64,000 bases of DNA. Origin: Patescibacteria group bacterium UBA5147 (GTDB lineage: Bacteria > Patescibacteriota > Saccharimonadia > UBA4664). Numbering within the stretch: the first letter of the stretch is position 1; each line of letters opens with the position of its first letter. The notes beneath the pieces are model-generated. The model was not told the DNA's origin. It made no database searches and was given only the letters and a program-made list of their open reading frames with translations. Shown one piece after another: positions 9,626 to 18,536 of this stretch. The DNA lies in the NCBI GenBank assembly GCA_002415345.1, contig DHXV01000003.1, forward strand, positions 88,213 to 152,212. The letters are read 5' to 3'. A program made the translations under genes and the position numbers.

Positions 9626-10504
9626 ATGAATGCAGTGAAGACAAGGGAGCGCGTGCCTGTCAGGACGCCTTCCCCGCAAGAAACGGAGACGTTGGTCTTC
9701 GGAACAGGTCGGAAGCCGAAATCCCTTGAGGGACTCCGGCTGATCGGTGAGGGACTCCGGCTGATCGGTTCATCTCTGCGTCCCAACGTTCGGCGGCCGA
9801 GGATTTCGGTGCCGAGTATCCGGTTCGACGGCAAGGCCGTCGTCCAAATGACCCTCATGACCCTGATGACGTTCGCCGTCGTGATGGCAGGCCTCAACGT
9901 GCCAAGCATCAACTTCGGCGAGTCGACTCCGTCAGTCGCGGCTCCCTCCGTGGGCGCCCCGACTGGGGTCATCACGCACAGTCACCCGGCAATCAAGCAC
10001 GCGGCTGTTGCATCGGCCAAGGTTGTGACCGCAACGCCTATCAAGGCTCTTCCGGCCACCCAGACCGCTGCAAGGCCTGCTGCCACGACCCACAAGGTTC
10101 CGGCAGCGGTGCCACAGCGAGCTGCTGCTCCGCAGCCTCAGGCGTCTCCGGGTACGGCCCTGTCTCCGCGTCCCGCCTCTCGTCCAGCTTCGCGACCCGC
10201 TCCGGCTACGGCCCCAGCAGGCCGGGCTGCTCCGACGGTCGACGGGAAATTCCCGTCTCCGGCCGCCCCAGTTGTCGCGTCTCCGCCGGCTTCGGCCCCG
10301 GTCGTCCAGGCTCCGGCCCCGACGACCGTTGTCACTCCTCCGGCGCCTCCGGCGTCAAACTTCGTTCCAGGTAGCGGCGGCGGTACCACAGGTACCGCAA
10401 TCACCGACCTGGGCGTTGGCGGAGGAAGCGCTGGCAACAGTGCGACGCCTGTCGGCACTGACAATGTTGCCGTATCGACCCTGGTCTCCACGACCAGCGA
10501 CTGA
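9626..10504 (+). CDS. hypothetical Pro/Ala-rich membrane-anchored protein
   Basis: One hydrophobic helix (VVQMTLMTLMTFAVVMAGLNV) followed by a long P/A/S/T low-complexity region. Start uncertain: the ORF opens at 9602 and the first convincing ATG is 9626. Confidence 0.45.
   Translation: MNAVKTRERVPVRTPSPQETETLVFGTGRKPKSLEGLRLIGEGLRLIGSSLRPNVRRPRISVPSIRFDGKAVVQMTLMTLMTFAVVMAGLNVPSINFGESTPSVAAPSVGAPTGVITHSHPAIKHAAVASAKVVTATPIKALPATQTAARPAATTHKVPAAVPQRAAAPQPQASPGTALSPRPASRPASRPAPATAPAGRAAPTVDGKFPSPAAPVVASPPASAPVVQAPAPTTVVTPPAPPASNFVPGSGGGTTGTAITDLGVGGGSAGNSATPVGTDNVAVSTLVSTTSD
9729..9770 (+). repeat. perfect 21-bp tandem duplication (gagggactccggctgatcggt x2) inside the CDS
   Basis: Read directly. 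Encodes EGLRLIG twice. Confidence 0.9.
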
Positions 10505-10933
10505 TCGCGGCACTCCAGCTTGGTACAACCCCGCCTGCAGTGCGGGTAGCAGAAAACAGTGTACATATGGTCCGCCGGTACCTCAACCGGGTCAATTCCG
10601 TGCAGGAAGGCTCAAGCAGCCGCAGCACAACCAAATACTCTAGCTCAGGAGTATAATCTCGTCGAAAGTCGGGAATGAGCAACCAACGGCTCCAGCTTGG
10701 GAACCATTAACGCTGCGACTAGTTCGCGCACAAGCTAACACGCTTTGCCCGTCAGGGCAGAGATCCGCTGGGAGGGAGGGTGTACACCTCCTTCCCCGCG
10801 GAACCCAATTTGCGAATCTTTGACTATCCACCTTACACGGACAGTGAACCTTTACATAACAAGCTATATTCTTACTTCCCATATGTTCCGTCCCCGTATC
10901 TTATCTAGACTAATCCCTTCAAAGGAGGAACTC

Positions 10934-12514
10934 ATGTCTTTTTCAAAGCTAGTCCGCTCCCGTTGGACTAAAATGGTCGGCGTTGCCATCGTGCTTGCCG
11001 GTTTTGCCATTCCTGTCGCTCAGGTCGTTGCCGTTACGGCTACCGGCCCACGCGATGCTGACAATAATGCCATCATGTACAACGGAGCGCTCACCAAGGC
11101 CGAATGGCTCACTAAAATTACCAATGGCGCAACTGATGCCAGCGGTCATATCGTCAACACGTCCGCCAACCTCAAACAGATTTACTTTAATGAAGGCCGC
11201 GGCATTACCCAGGCCAACTTCATGGATGACGCGCAGACCGTCGAAGGTGTCGTCACCAATACAGGCCAGGTAATAGTAAACGGCAAAGTCGTTGCAACCG
11301 GCGTCTGGAGCTCAGGCCGCCAGTTCATTCCAGGCTCTCAGCCGGACGGTAGCGTTTTCATGCGTCCTACCTCCGTTTCATTCCTGAGTACGCAGTTGGC
11401 TGCCTACGTCAACATGCAGGGCGGCACGTTTCACTACGCCGTTATCAAGTCCTGCGGTAACCCCGTGAAGGCGATGAACAAGCCTTTCGGGCAGATATTC
11501 AAGCGCGTCATTGATGTCACGACTAATCCTACCAAGGACTTCGCCGCCGACGATAATGCCAACGCAATTGCCGTCCGGACAAATGACAACGTGAAATACC
11601 TTGTCCGCATCAACAACCAAGGTACTGCTCCCATGACGAACGTCATCTACACCGATGACCTTCCGGCTGGTGTCGCTCTCGCGAGCGATCCGACCAAGCG
11701 TCACATTGAACACGCCCTGGGCACCATTGCCCCCGGCGGTGCACTGCAGGCGGAGATCAACGTGGTTGTAACCTCAACCACTACGGGTGCCTTCATTAAC
11801 AACAAGGCCTGTTTCAAGGCCGACTTGGCGCAAGCAGGCTGTGATACTGCGGTCATCAAAGTTGTGGCCTCACCAGCAACGCCTTCGCCGACGCCAACTC
11901 CAACACCAACACCAACACCAACACACACCCCGACTCCTACGCCTACTCCAACGCCGACTCCGACACCAACACCTACACCCACCAACACACCAACCCCAAC
12001 ACCAACTCCAACTCCAACACCAACTCCAACGCCCACTAACACTCCAACCCCCACTCCAACGCCTACTCCCAACCAAGAGTTCGCCTGTGGTGGTTTGGTA
12101 ATTTCTCCGGTTACGGGTGAGGACATGAAATTTACCTTTACTCTGACTAAGCCGGTCCTTAAGAATGTCACCGTTACCGGCTACATTTTTACTGTCACTG
12201 ACGTAACAGGGGCCCACGATGTCGTTAACAGCGATAAGGACCATAATCAGGTCACGTTCCAGTTCAAGCAGACAGGGAACTTTACCGTGGAAGGCCAGGT
12301 GGTAACATCGGGCGGTACTACGCCTATAGTTAGCGTCTGTTCAGCCCAGCTGACCGTTGGCTCAACCCCGACGGTTCTGGCAGCCAGTTCGCTGCCTGAC
12401 ACGGGTGCCGAAGGCGCCTTGGCTGGGGCTGCCGGACTCAGTGGTATCGGCTACGCCACCACTGCCTACATCCGCTCCCGCAAGAGCTTGGTTAAGTCGC
12501 TTCGTCGCAAATAA
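10934..12514 (+). CDS. LPXTG-anchored surface protein with signal peptide, DUF11-like repeat domain and (PT)n linker
   Basis: AAAGGAGGAACTC-ATG SD. N-terminal signal peptide. Segment [33 protein letters not shown] matches the DUF11 (conserved repeat domain) pattern. About 60 residues of PT/PTN repeats. C-terminal LPDTG, then a hydrophobic stretch, then an [13 protein letters not shown] sorting signal. Confidence 0.8.
   Translation: MSFSKLVRSRWTKMVGVAIVLAGFAIPVAQVVAVTATGPRDADNNAIMYNGALTKAEWLTKITNGATDASGHIVNTSANLKQIYFNEGRGITQANFMDDAQTVEGVVTNTGQVIVNGKVVATGVWSSGRQFIPGSQPDGSVFMRPTSVSFLSTQLAAYVNMQGGTFHYAVIKSCGNPVKAMNKPFGQIFKRVIDVTTNPTKDFAADDNANAIAVRTNDNVKYLVRINNQGTAPMTNVIYTDDLPAGVALASDPTKRHIEHALGTIAPGGALQAEINVVVTSTTTGAFINNKACFKADLAQAGCDTAVIKVVASPATPSPTPTPTPTPTPTHTPTPTPTPTPTPTPTPTPTNTPTPTPTPTPTPTPTPTNTPTPTPTPTPNQEFACGGLVISPVTGEDMKFTFTLTKPVLKNVTVTGYIFTVTDVTGAHDVVNSDKDHNQVTFQFKQTGNFTVEGQVVTSGGTTPIVSVCSAQLTVGSTPTVLAASSLPDTGAEGALAGAAGLSGIGYATTAYIRSRKSLVKSLRRK
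11880..12060 (+). repeat. coding hexanucleotide tandem repeats (ACNCCN)n encoding (PT)n
   Basis: Read directly. The (GV)n antisense ORFs here are shadows of this repeat. Confidence 0.9.
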
Positions 12515-12606
12515 CCAGCCCTAGTCCGTGTCCGGCCAACTTATTACGGGGCTTCGGCCCCGGAACATGTAAATTGGCGCTTGTCGTAAGACATGCAAAT
12601 GCGATT

Positions 12607-12633
12607 AAGACCCTTCGGGGTCTTTTTCGTTTT
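12607..12633 (+). terminator. rho-independent terminator (AAGACCC-TTCG-GGGTCTT plus T-tract)
   Basis: Stem with UUCG tetraloop followed by TTTTCGTTTT. A second stem-loop, CGGGGC-TTCG-GCCCCG, lies at 12547-12562. Confidence 0.8.
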
Positions 12634-12737
12634 GTGCATAATTACAGCATCGTATAGCATAGTACTTGTGTTTTGAGCAAAGATGTGATACTATATAACT
12701 AGTTATCGAATATTATAGATACGGGACAAGGACAACA

Positions 12738-13508
12738 ATGATATTTCCAATTCAATTATTCAAAGGAAGCGCCGTTGCGCTGGTGCTCGTTGCGTCTGCA
12801 ATAACTCCGCTAGCCGCGAGTGCCGTCAGTCAACCGCGGGATTGTGATGCTAACTCAATCGTCAATTGCGGTGCCTATACCAAAACCGAACTCGATAATA
12901 AGATCGCTAAGGGCGACTCGCGCAACAGCGCGGCCAGCATCCAGCAGATCTATTTTAAAGAGGGCAGGGGAATAACTTCTGCGGGTATCAGTAACGCTGT
13001 CGATGGTACCGTCTTTAAGGACGGCCGGGTAGTTGTCAGCGGCAAGACCGTCGCAACCGCCGCTATGAGCTCTGGCCGACAATTTATGCCTGGCTCCACG
13101 AAGTCTGGAAGCGTGTGGATCCGCTCCGTGAGCGTATCCTTTGTCAGCAGCTCCATCCCGGCCTACGTCAACATGGACGGCGGAGTCTTCCACTGGGCAA
13201 TCATCAAGTCTTGCGGAAATACCGTTTCGGCAAAACCTGTAGCCAAGCCGTCTCCAACGCCTACCCCAACGCCCACGCCTACCCCAATGCCGACCCCTAC
13301 TCCTTCCCGTACTCCCACTCCTACCCCGACCCCCACGCCTATGCAAACACCAGTCCCAACTCCAGTCCCAACACCTGAGCAGCCGCTGCCCGCTACCGGG
13401 GCCGGCGATGTACTCGGGGGCGCAATCGGACTAGGATCATTGGGCTACGCTAGCCAGGTATACTTACGCTCGAAAGCAAACTTAATGAAGAGCCTAAAAC
13501 GTAAGTAA
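12738..13508 (+). CDS. LPXTG-anchored surface protein, paralog of the N-terminal domain of the 10934 CDS
   Basis: Signal peptide. The block IQQIYFKEGRGIT...SGKTVATAAMSSGRQFMPGS...AYVNMDGGVFHWAIIKSCGN aligns with [11 protein letters not shown]...[20 protein letters not shown]...[20 protein letters not shown] of the upstream protein. (PT)n linker. C-terminal LPATG plus a hydrophobic stretch plus KSLKRK. Confidence 0.8.
   Translation: MIFPIQLFKGSAVALVLVASAITPLAASAVSQPRDCDANSIVNCGAYTKTELDNKIAKGDSRNSAASIQQIYFKEGRGITSAGISNAVDGTVFKDGRVVVSGKTVATAAMSSGRQFMPGSTKSGSVWIRSVSVSFVSSSIPAYVNMDGGVFHWAIIKSCGNTVSAKPVAKPSPTPTPTPTPTPMPTPTPSRTPTPTPTPTPMQTPVPTPVPTPEQPLPATGAGDVLGGAIGLGSLGYASQVYLRSKANLMKSLKRK
13255..13375 (+). 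repeat. coding (PT)n hexanucleotide repeats
   Basis: Read directly. Confidence 0.9.
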
Positions 13509-13564
13509 TGTGTGGATATCTCTACAGCTTAAAAACTGCAGAGGCTAACAAAAATACGAGAATT

Positions 13565-13596
13565 CAAATAAATGGCCATAGCAAGCCATTTATTTG
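13565..13596 (+). terminator. perfect 12-bp stem-loop CAAATAAATGGC-catagcaa-GCCATTTATTTG after the second LPXTG gene
   Basis: Read directly. Followed by CTATTT. Confidence 0.6.
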
Positions 13597-13617
13597 CTAT
13601 TTAGGAGAGTAATTGCA

Positions 13618-14070
13618 ATGAAAGAAAATACTGGACAGGCAAGCAACGTAACGCTTATACTTACTACAGTGATTAGGGCGCAGTACCAGACGCCTCAAAA
13701 CAAACGCACCACCAAAAAAACTAACCTGACAAAACTACGCATCGCCAGACGATTACTTTTGTCGACCGCCGAATTCATTACTATCAGTAGAACCTTAAAA
13801 ACCCAAAACAAACATTTTAAGGGCAGCTATTTGGTTGCCAGCAAAACGGTCCATAGGTTTTCCGTTAATAAAGCCTCGAACCTCTTTCGTAAACTCCACC
13901 TCACAACACACACTTTTAGGAATTATAAACCGACGCAAGTCGGAGTAATTCCTTACCACCACATTGACCAAGGCACACTCCATTGCCTAGTCACAAACTC
14001 CACTTCAGCGGTAGTCAACCGTCAAAAAACAAAAATGTCCGAAACAAACAGCTGGCTGCCAAATAGGTGA
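13618..14070 (+). CDS. possible small, very basic, Thr/Lys/Asn-rich protein (151 codons) at the position usually occupied by mraZ. Could instead be non-coding.
   Basis: ATG 13618 preceded by AGGAGA with a 9-nt spacer. The frame is open to 14070. The region is A+C-rich and G/T-poor, which suppresses stop codons, so openness alone is weak evidence. No similarity to MraZ (no DxxxR motifs). Confidence 0.3.
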   Translation: MKENTGQASNVTLILTTVIRAQYQTPQNKRTTKKTNLTKLRIARRLLLSTAEFITISRTLKTQNKHFKGSYLVASKTVHRFSVNKASNLFRKLHLTTHTFRNYKPTQVGVIPYHHIDQGTLHCLVTNSTSAVVNRQKTKMSETNSWLPNR

Positions 14071-14078
14071 CCTTAAAA

Positions 14079-15005
14079 ATGAACACACCACACCAACCAG
14101 TTTTACTCGACGACGTTCTCCGCGTTTTGGCTCCTCAAAAAGGGGAGAGCTATCTTGATGGTACGGCAGGATACGGCGGACACGCCGCAGCAGTAATCGA
14201 TCGCCTCGGCCCGGACGGGGAAGCGATACTGGTTGACCGGGACGCCAACGCCGTCAGGGCACTGGTCGCACGGTTCGGTGATAGAGTCGAGGTCATCCAC
14301 GCCAGTTACCTAGAAGCAGCCGATCGGCTTAAAGCCGACGGTACCTTGGTCGACATGATTCTCCTGGATCTGGGAGTGTCATCGCCACAAATTGACAATA
14401 TAGAACGAGGCTTCAGCTTCAAGAACGACGCCGCCCTGGACATGAGAATGGACCAGAGCCAGGAAATCACCGCCGCGACCGTCGTAAACAGCTACAGCGA
14501 ACGAAACCTAGCCAGGATAATCCACGACTACGGGGAAGAGCCGAAAGCCAGGGCGGTTGCAAGAGCAATCGTGGACGGCAGGCCTTTCTATAGCACCCGT
14601 GAACTTGCTAAAGTCGTCCGCCGTCATGCCGTCACCCCCAAAGACATCGATGCCGCCACAAAAACGTTCCAGGCGATCCGTATCGAAGTCAACGAAGAGC
14701 TTGAGCAACTGAAGCAGGCTCTGCCGCTTCTGGTAAGTCTTCTGGCTCCAGGAGGACGCTTAGCCGTCATCAGCTTCCATAGCTTGGAAGACCGCATCGT
14801 CAAAGAGTTCTTCAATATCGAATCACGCGACTGTATTTGTCCGCCCAAGCAACCAATCTGTACCTGTGGCCACCGCGCCAGCTTGAGCGTTCTTACCACC
14901 AAACCGATCGTCGCAGATTCCACCGAATTAGCTATCAATCCGCGAGCCCGTAGCGCAAAACTACGAGCCGCCGAAAAACAAAACCAAAATAAAAGGAGAG
15001 ACTAA
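14079..15005 (+). CDS. rsmH: 16S rRNA (cytosine1402-N4)-methyltransferase RsmH/MraW
   Basis: PVLLDDVL...YLDGTAGYGGHA...ILLDLGVSSPQID... are RsmH signatures. ATG 14079 preceded by AGGTGA with an 8-nt spacer. Confidence 0.9.
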   Translation: MNTPHQPVLLDDVLRVLAPQKGESYLDGTAGYGGHAAAVIDRLGPDGEAILVDRDANAVRALVARFGDRVEVIHASYLEAADRLKADGTLVDMILLDLGVSSPQIDNIERGFSFKNDAALDMRMDQSQEITAATVVNSYSERNLARIIHDYGEEPKARAVARAIVDGRPFYSTRELAKVVRRHAVTPKDIDAATKTFQAIRIEVNEELEQLKQALPLLVSLLAPGGRLAVISFHSLEDRIVKEFFNIESRDCICPPKQPICTCGHRASLSVLTTKPIVADSTELAINPRARSAKLRAAEKQNQNKRRD

Positions 15006-15068
15006 ATGTCTATCAAAGTACAAGGCCGTTCAAAGAGCGTAGCAGTTAAGATCCGCGTTAAGCGCTAA
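15006..15068 (+). CDS. candidate 20-aa highly basic small ORF (MSIKVQGRSKSVAVKIRVKR)
   Basis: The ATG abuts the rsmH stop. Strong SD AAAAGGAGAG 7 nt upstream. 7 of 20 residues are K/R. Very short, so speculative. Confidence 0.25.
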   Translation: MSIKVQGRSKSVAVKIRVKR

Positions 15069-15257
15069 CTGCCCGCCCGTCCATCAGGGTGTGGCGCTCC
15101 AAAAAACCGGGGCGCCACCCCAACCAAAAAAAAGTTCACCAAAAATACCCTCAAAAACCCAAAATAAACACAGTCAGAACCGATTTAAGCGCTTGGGCAC
15201 ATGCCCCAACCAAAATGCTCCTGAACGCTTACCGCCGGACTGTCGGAGACCACCACA

Positions 15258-15578
15258 ATGTCATCAGCCACCCTCACCGCCCGTCGGAACCAAAATCTTT
15301 ACCGCCAACCAGCGGCCCTCAAGCTGGGACCAACATCGGCCACCTTCGTCGTCATCGCCTGTATCAGCGTTTTGGCGCTTTTATACTTGAACCAAGTTAC
15401 CAAAACCAGCGTTTTCGGCTACAAAGTCAGTGATCTTGAGAACCAAAAGAAAGCAATAATGCTGCAAAACCGTACCTTGAGTGCGGATTCAGCCCGACTC
15501 GCTTCCATTGAATCGACCAAAACCTCCAGCGTTGCCAGTAATATGGTTCCGGTTGGACAGGTCTCATACGTAAAATAA
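15258..15578 (+). CDS. ftsL: cell division protein FtsL-like (single-TM, coiled-coil)
   Basis: 106 aa. Short cytoplasmic tail, one TM (TFVVIACISVLALLYL), heptad-like periplasmic region. Sits between rsmH and ftsI as in dcw clusters. Confidence 0.65.
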   Translation: MSSATLTARRNQNLYRQPAALKLGPTSATFVVIACISVLALLYLNQVTKTSVFGYKVSDLENQKKAIMLQNRTLSADSARLASIESTKTSSVASNMVPVGQVSYVK

Positions 15579-15616
15579 CTCCAAAATTATAAGGGGGCTT
15601 AGCGGCCCTCTTTTTA

Positions 15617-17422
15617 ATGGCAATTAACGGTTATGGTAAAGTAATAACAGATATGGCACTTTCTTCAACCGATACTATTATCCAACGTCGACGCGTAGAT
15701 ATACTTGCGCTTGGACTAGTCATTTTTGCGCTGGTTCTATTTAGCCGTCTGTTTTATCTGCAAGTAATCCGACACGGCCATTACTTTGACAAGGCGTCCA
15801 ACGAGCATATGAGAAAATATGAGATTCCAGCCGTCAGGGGTGAAATCTTTGTCAAAGACGGCTCCTTAAATGTGCCTTTGGCACTTAATCAAACCCTCAA
15901 ATTGGTGTATGCGGACCCGCGGCTGGTTAAAGATAAGCCGGCAGCAGCCCAAGAATTGGTCAAGATATTAGGAGGGTCTGCTGATACTTACCTGAAACGG
16001 CTCCAGGGAGGTATTGAATATGCAGTTATTGCAAAAAATGTCCCAAATGATGTGGCCGAAAGGCTGCAGGCCAAAAACCTGGTTGGTATCAGCATGTCCG
16101 ATGATGACTCCAGGACCTACCCCGAAGGGCAGTTAGCGGCGCAGGTTCTAGGCTTCGTGAATGCTGACGGTGCAGGCCAATACGGTGTGGAGCAATATCT
16201 TGACGCGCAATTACGGGGTGTTCCTGGTAAATTGGCCGCCAAGACGGATACTCACGGCCTGCCGATAGCTACGGCTGACAATATCCAAAAGGCTCCAGTC
16301 GACGGAAAAAGCTACGTTCTGACAATTGACCGTAATATCCAAGCCATGGCTGAAACCGAGCTGGCCGCGGGCATCAAAGCGGCCAAGGCCAAGTCGGGGA
16401 GTGTGATCGTGCTTGATCCGAACACGGGTGCCGTGCGGGCCATGGCGACTTTTCCGACCTTTGACCCCAACAATTACGGCAGCACGACCGATTTCAGCGT
16501 TTTCTCCAACCAAGCGGTGACCAGTCAGTTCGAGCCTGGGTCCGGCATGAAGGCTTTCACGATGGCCGCCGGGCTAGACCAGGGAAAGGTTGCCCCTGAT
16601 TCGACTTATGACGATCCCGGCTGTCTGAAAATCGACACTTATAATGTGTGTAACGCCGCCGGAGATAAGCCGGGCAAGGGCAAGACGATGACGGTAGTCC
16701 TGCGGGATTCTCTTAACACCGGAGTCATGTACGTTCTGAAACGACTCGGTGGGGATGACAATCAATTTACGCTAGCCGGCAAGAAACTGCTATATGACTA
16801 CTTCACCAAACACTTTGGTTTTGGGACGCGCACCGGTATCGAGCAGGCTAATGAGGCCGCTGGTTCAATAAATGAGCCTACCAGTCAAGCCGGCAATAAC
16901 GTGAACTACGCCAACATGACCTTTGGCCAGGGCATGAGTGTGACGATGATCCAAATGGTGACCGGCATGGCGGCGATTGCCAACGGCGGCAAGTTATACC
17001 AACCCCATTTGGTCGAGGGCGAACTCAATCTTGACGGCTCAGTGACCGCTGCTCCGCCCAAACTTATCCGTGATCACGTGATATCACCCGATGCGGCTGC
17101 CAAACTCAATCAAATGCTCCAAGTCGTGGTTCAGCACGGCTCAGGTTACCGGACGTATGAGGGTACCAAGAATAAAGGCTATCTGATAGCCGGAAAAACC
17201 GGTACCGCGCAAATTCCGCGACCGGACGGCAAGGGCTACATCGACGGGGCCAACATCGGATCGTTCTTTGGCTATGCCCCGGCGAACGCACCGAAATTCG
17301 TCATAATGGTGCGGATCAACGAGCCGGGAGTTCCCGGTTACGCGGAATCGACGACAGTGCCGGTTTTTGCGAACATCTGCCAATGGTTATTTAAATATTA
17401 CGGAATCGCACCCACGAGTTAA
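15617..17422 (+). CDS. ftsI: peptidoglycan D,D-transpeptidase FtsI (class B penicillin-binding protein)
   Basis: N-terminal TM. SxxK (SGMK), SxN (SLNT), KTG (KTGTAQ) motifs. PBP dimerisation-domain length. Confidence 0.9.
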   Translation: MAINGYGKVITDMALSSTDTIIQRRRVDILALGLVIFALVLFSRLFYLQVIRHGHYFDKASNEHMRKYEIPAVRGEIFVKDGSLNVPLALNQTLKLVYADPRLVKDKPAAAQELVKILGGSADTYLKRLQGGIEYAVIAKNVPNDVAERLQAKNLVGISMSDDDSRTYPEGQLAAQVLGFVNADGAGQYGVEQYLDAQLRGVPGKLAAKTDTHGLPIATADNIQKAPVDGKSYVLTIDRNIQAMAETELAAGIKAAKAKSGSVIVLDPNTGAVRAMATFPTFDPNNYGSTTDFSVFSNQAVTSQFEPGSGMKAFTMAAGLDQGKVAPDSTYDDPGCLKIDTYNVCNAAGDKPGKGKTMTVVLRDSLNTGVMYVLKRLGGDDNQFTLAGKKLLYDYFTKHFGFGTRTGIEQANEAAGSINEPTSQAGNNVNYANMTFGQGMSVTMIQMVTGMAAIANGGKLYQPHLVEGELNLDGSVTAAPPKLIRDHVISPDAAAKLNQMLQVVVQHGSGYRTYEGTKNKGYLIAGKTGTAQIPRPDGKGYIDGANIGSFFGYAPANAPKFVIMVRINEPGVPGYAESTTVPVFANICQWLFKYYGIAPTS

Positions 17423-17480
17423 CTTCGCTTAAAAGCTTACGCTTGAGGCGTGCGATATGGTAAACTGACAGGTAAGAATC

Positions 17481-18536
17481 ATGATACTAATCCCTTCAAT
17501 CAATTTTATCCACGCCCAGGAAATTACTTCCATCTCGCGTATCGCGTCGCTGGCTTTGGGCGCGCTTGTGCTGTCACTGCTTCTGACACCGATATATACG
17601 CGCGTGGCCTTCAAAAATGAATGGTGGAAGAAAATCAGATCTAACGCTACCACCGGTGAAGCGGCCCCGGTCTTCCATAAACTTCACGAGGCCAAGCACA
17701 AACGTAACATACCGACCATGGGTGGTATCGTCATCATCGTAACCGTGGTTGCAATGACGGTGTTGTTCAACCTGTCGCGCAGCCAGACGTGGCTGCCGCT
17801 GTTCGTACTGGTGGTGTTCGGGGCCATGGGCCTGCTTGACGATCTCTCGAACGTTTACCGCAAGGCGGATAATCGAGGCGGTTTGACGCCGATGACACAA
17901 CTTATTGCCCTGATCGGCCTCTCGGCCGTTGCCGCCAGCTGGATTTATTTCAAGCTGGGTTACACGCTTATCCATATCCCGGCGGTGGGTGATTTCTCTA
18001 TCGGTTGGCTCTATATCCCGCTGTTTATTCTGGTCGTTGTTTCTACGACGAAAGCGGTTTCCATAACCGATGGTCTCGACGGGTTAGCGGGCGGCCTGTT
18101 GTCCACGGCGTTCGGTGTCTATGCGATCATCGCTTACTTTCAGGGCAGTTACGGAATTGCCGGATTCTGCATGGCAATTGTCGGCGCCATGCTGACCTAC
18201 ACCTGGTTCAATATTTTTCCAGCACGGTTTTTTATGGGCCAGACCGGGTCGACGGCTCTTGGAGCGACGCTGGGAACAGTCGCCGTGCTCACTAATTCGG
18301 TCTTCGTGTTGCCCATAATCGGGGCGGTGTTCGTGATTGAAGCGGGTTCGAGTTCCGTTCAAATCGCCTCCAAGAAACTCTTCAAAAGAAAAATATTTTT
18401 AAGCGCACCGTTGCACCATCATCTTGAAGCCATCGGCTGGCCTGAGACCAAAGTGACGATGCGGCTCTGGGTTATCGGTCAGGTGGCGGGAGCTATCGGA
18501 CTTGTCCTGGCGCTATTGGGAGACAAGGCCTTGTGA
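17481..18536 (+). CDS. mraY: phospho-N-acetylmuramoyl-pentapeptide transferase MraY
   Basis: Polytopic membrane protein with the MraY/WecA signature (VVSTTKAVSITDGLDGLAGG and HHHLE-type motifs). Its stop overlaps the ftsW GTG start. Confidence 0.9.
   Translation: MILIPSINFIHAQEITSISRIASLALGALVLSLLLTPIYTRVAFKNEWWKKIRSNATTGEAAPVFHKLHEAKHKRNIPTMGGIVIIVTVVAMTVLFNLSRSQTWLPLFVLVVFGAMGLLDDLSNVYRKADNRGGLTPMTQLIALIGLSAVAASWIYFKLGYTLIHIPAVGDFSIGWLYIPLFILVVVSTTKAVSITDGLDGLAGGLLSTAFGVYAIIAYFQGSYGIAGFCMAIVGAMLTYTWFNIFPARFFMGQTGSTALGATLGTVAVLTNSVFVLPIIGAVFVIEAGSSSVQIASKKLFKRKIFLSAPLHHHLEAIGWPETKVTMRLWVIGQVAGAIGLVLALLGDKAL

Noticed and set aside
11701-12244. Gly/Val-repeat and Trp/Arg-rich minus-strand ORFs
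   Set aside because: Reverse-complement shadows of the (PT)n-coding hexanucleotide repeats of the LPXTG protein.
11880-13375. Regular short repeats that could be mistaken for a CRISPR-like array
   Set aside because: They are 6-nt in-frame coding repeats giving (PT)n. There are no spacers of unique sequence and no cas genes.
15089-15433. Two overlapping + strand ORFs (114 and 99 aa) upstream of ftsL
   Set aside because: Both frames are open only because the region is T-poor. The products are low-complexity Pro/Gln/Lys strings with no SD. Treated as non-coding leader.
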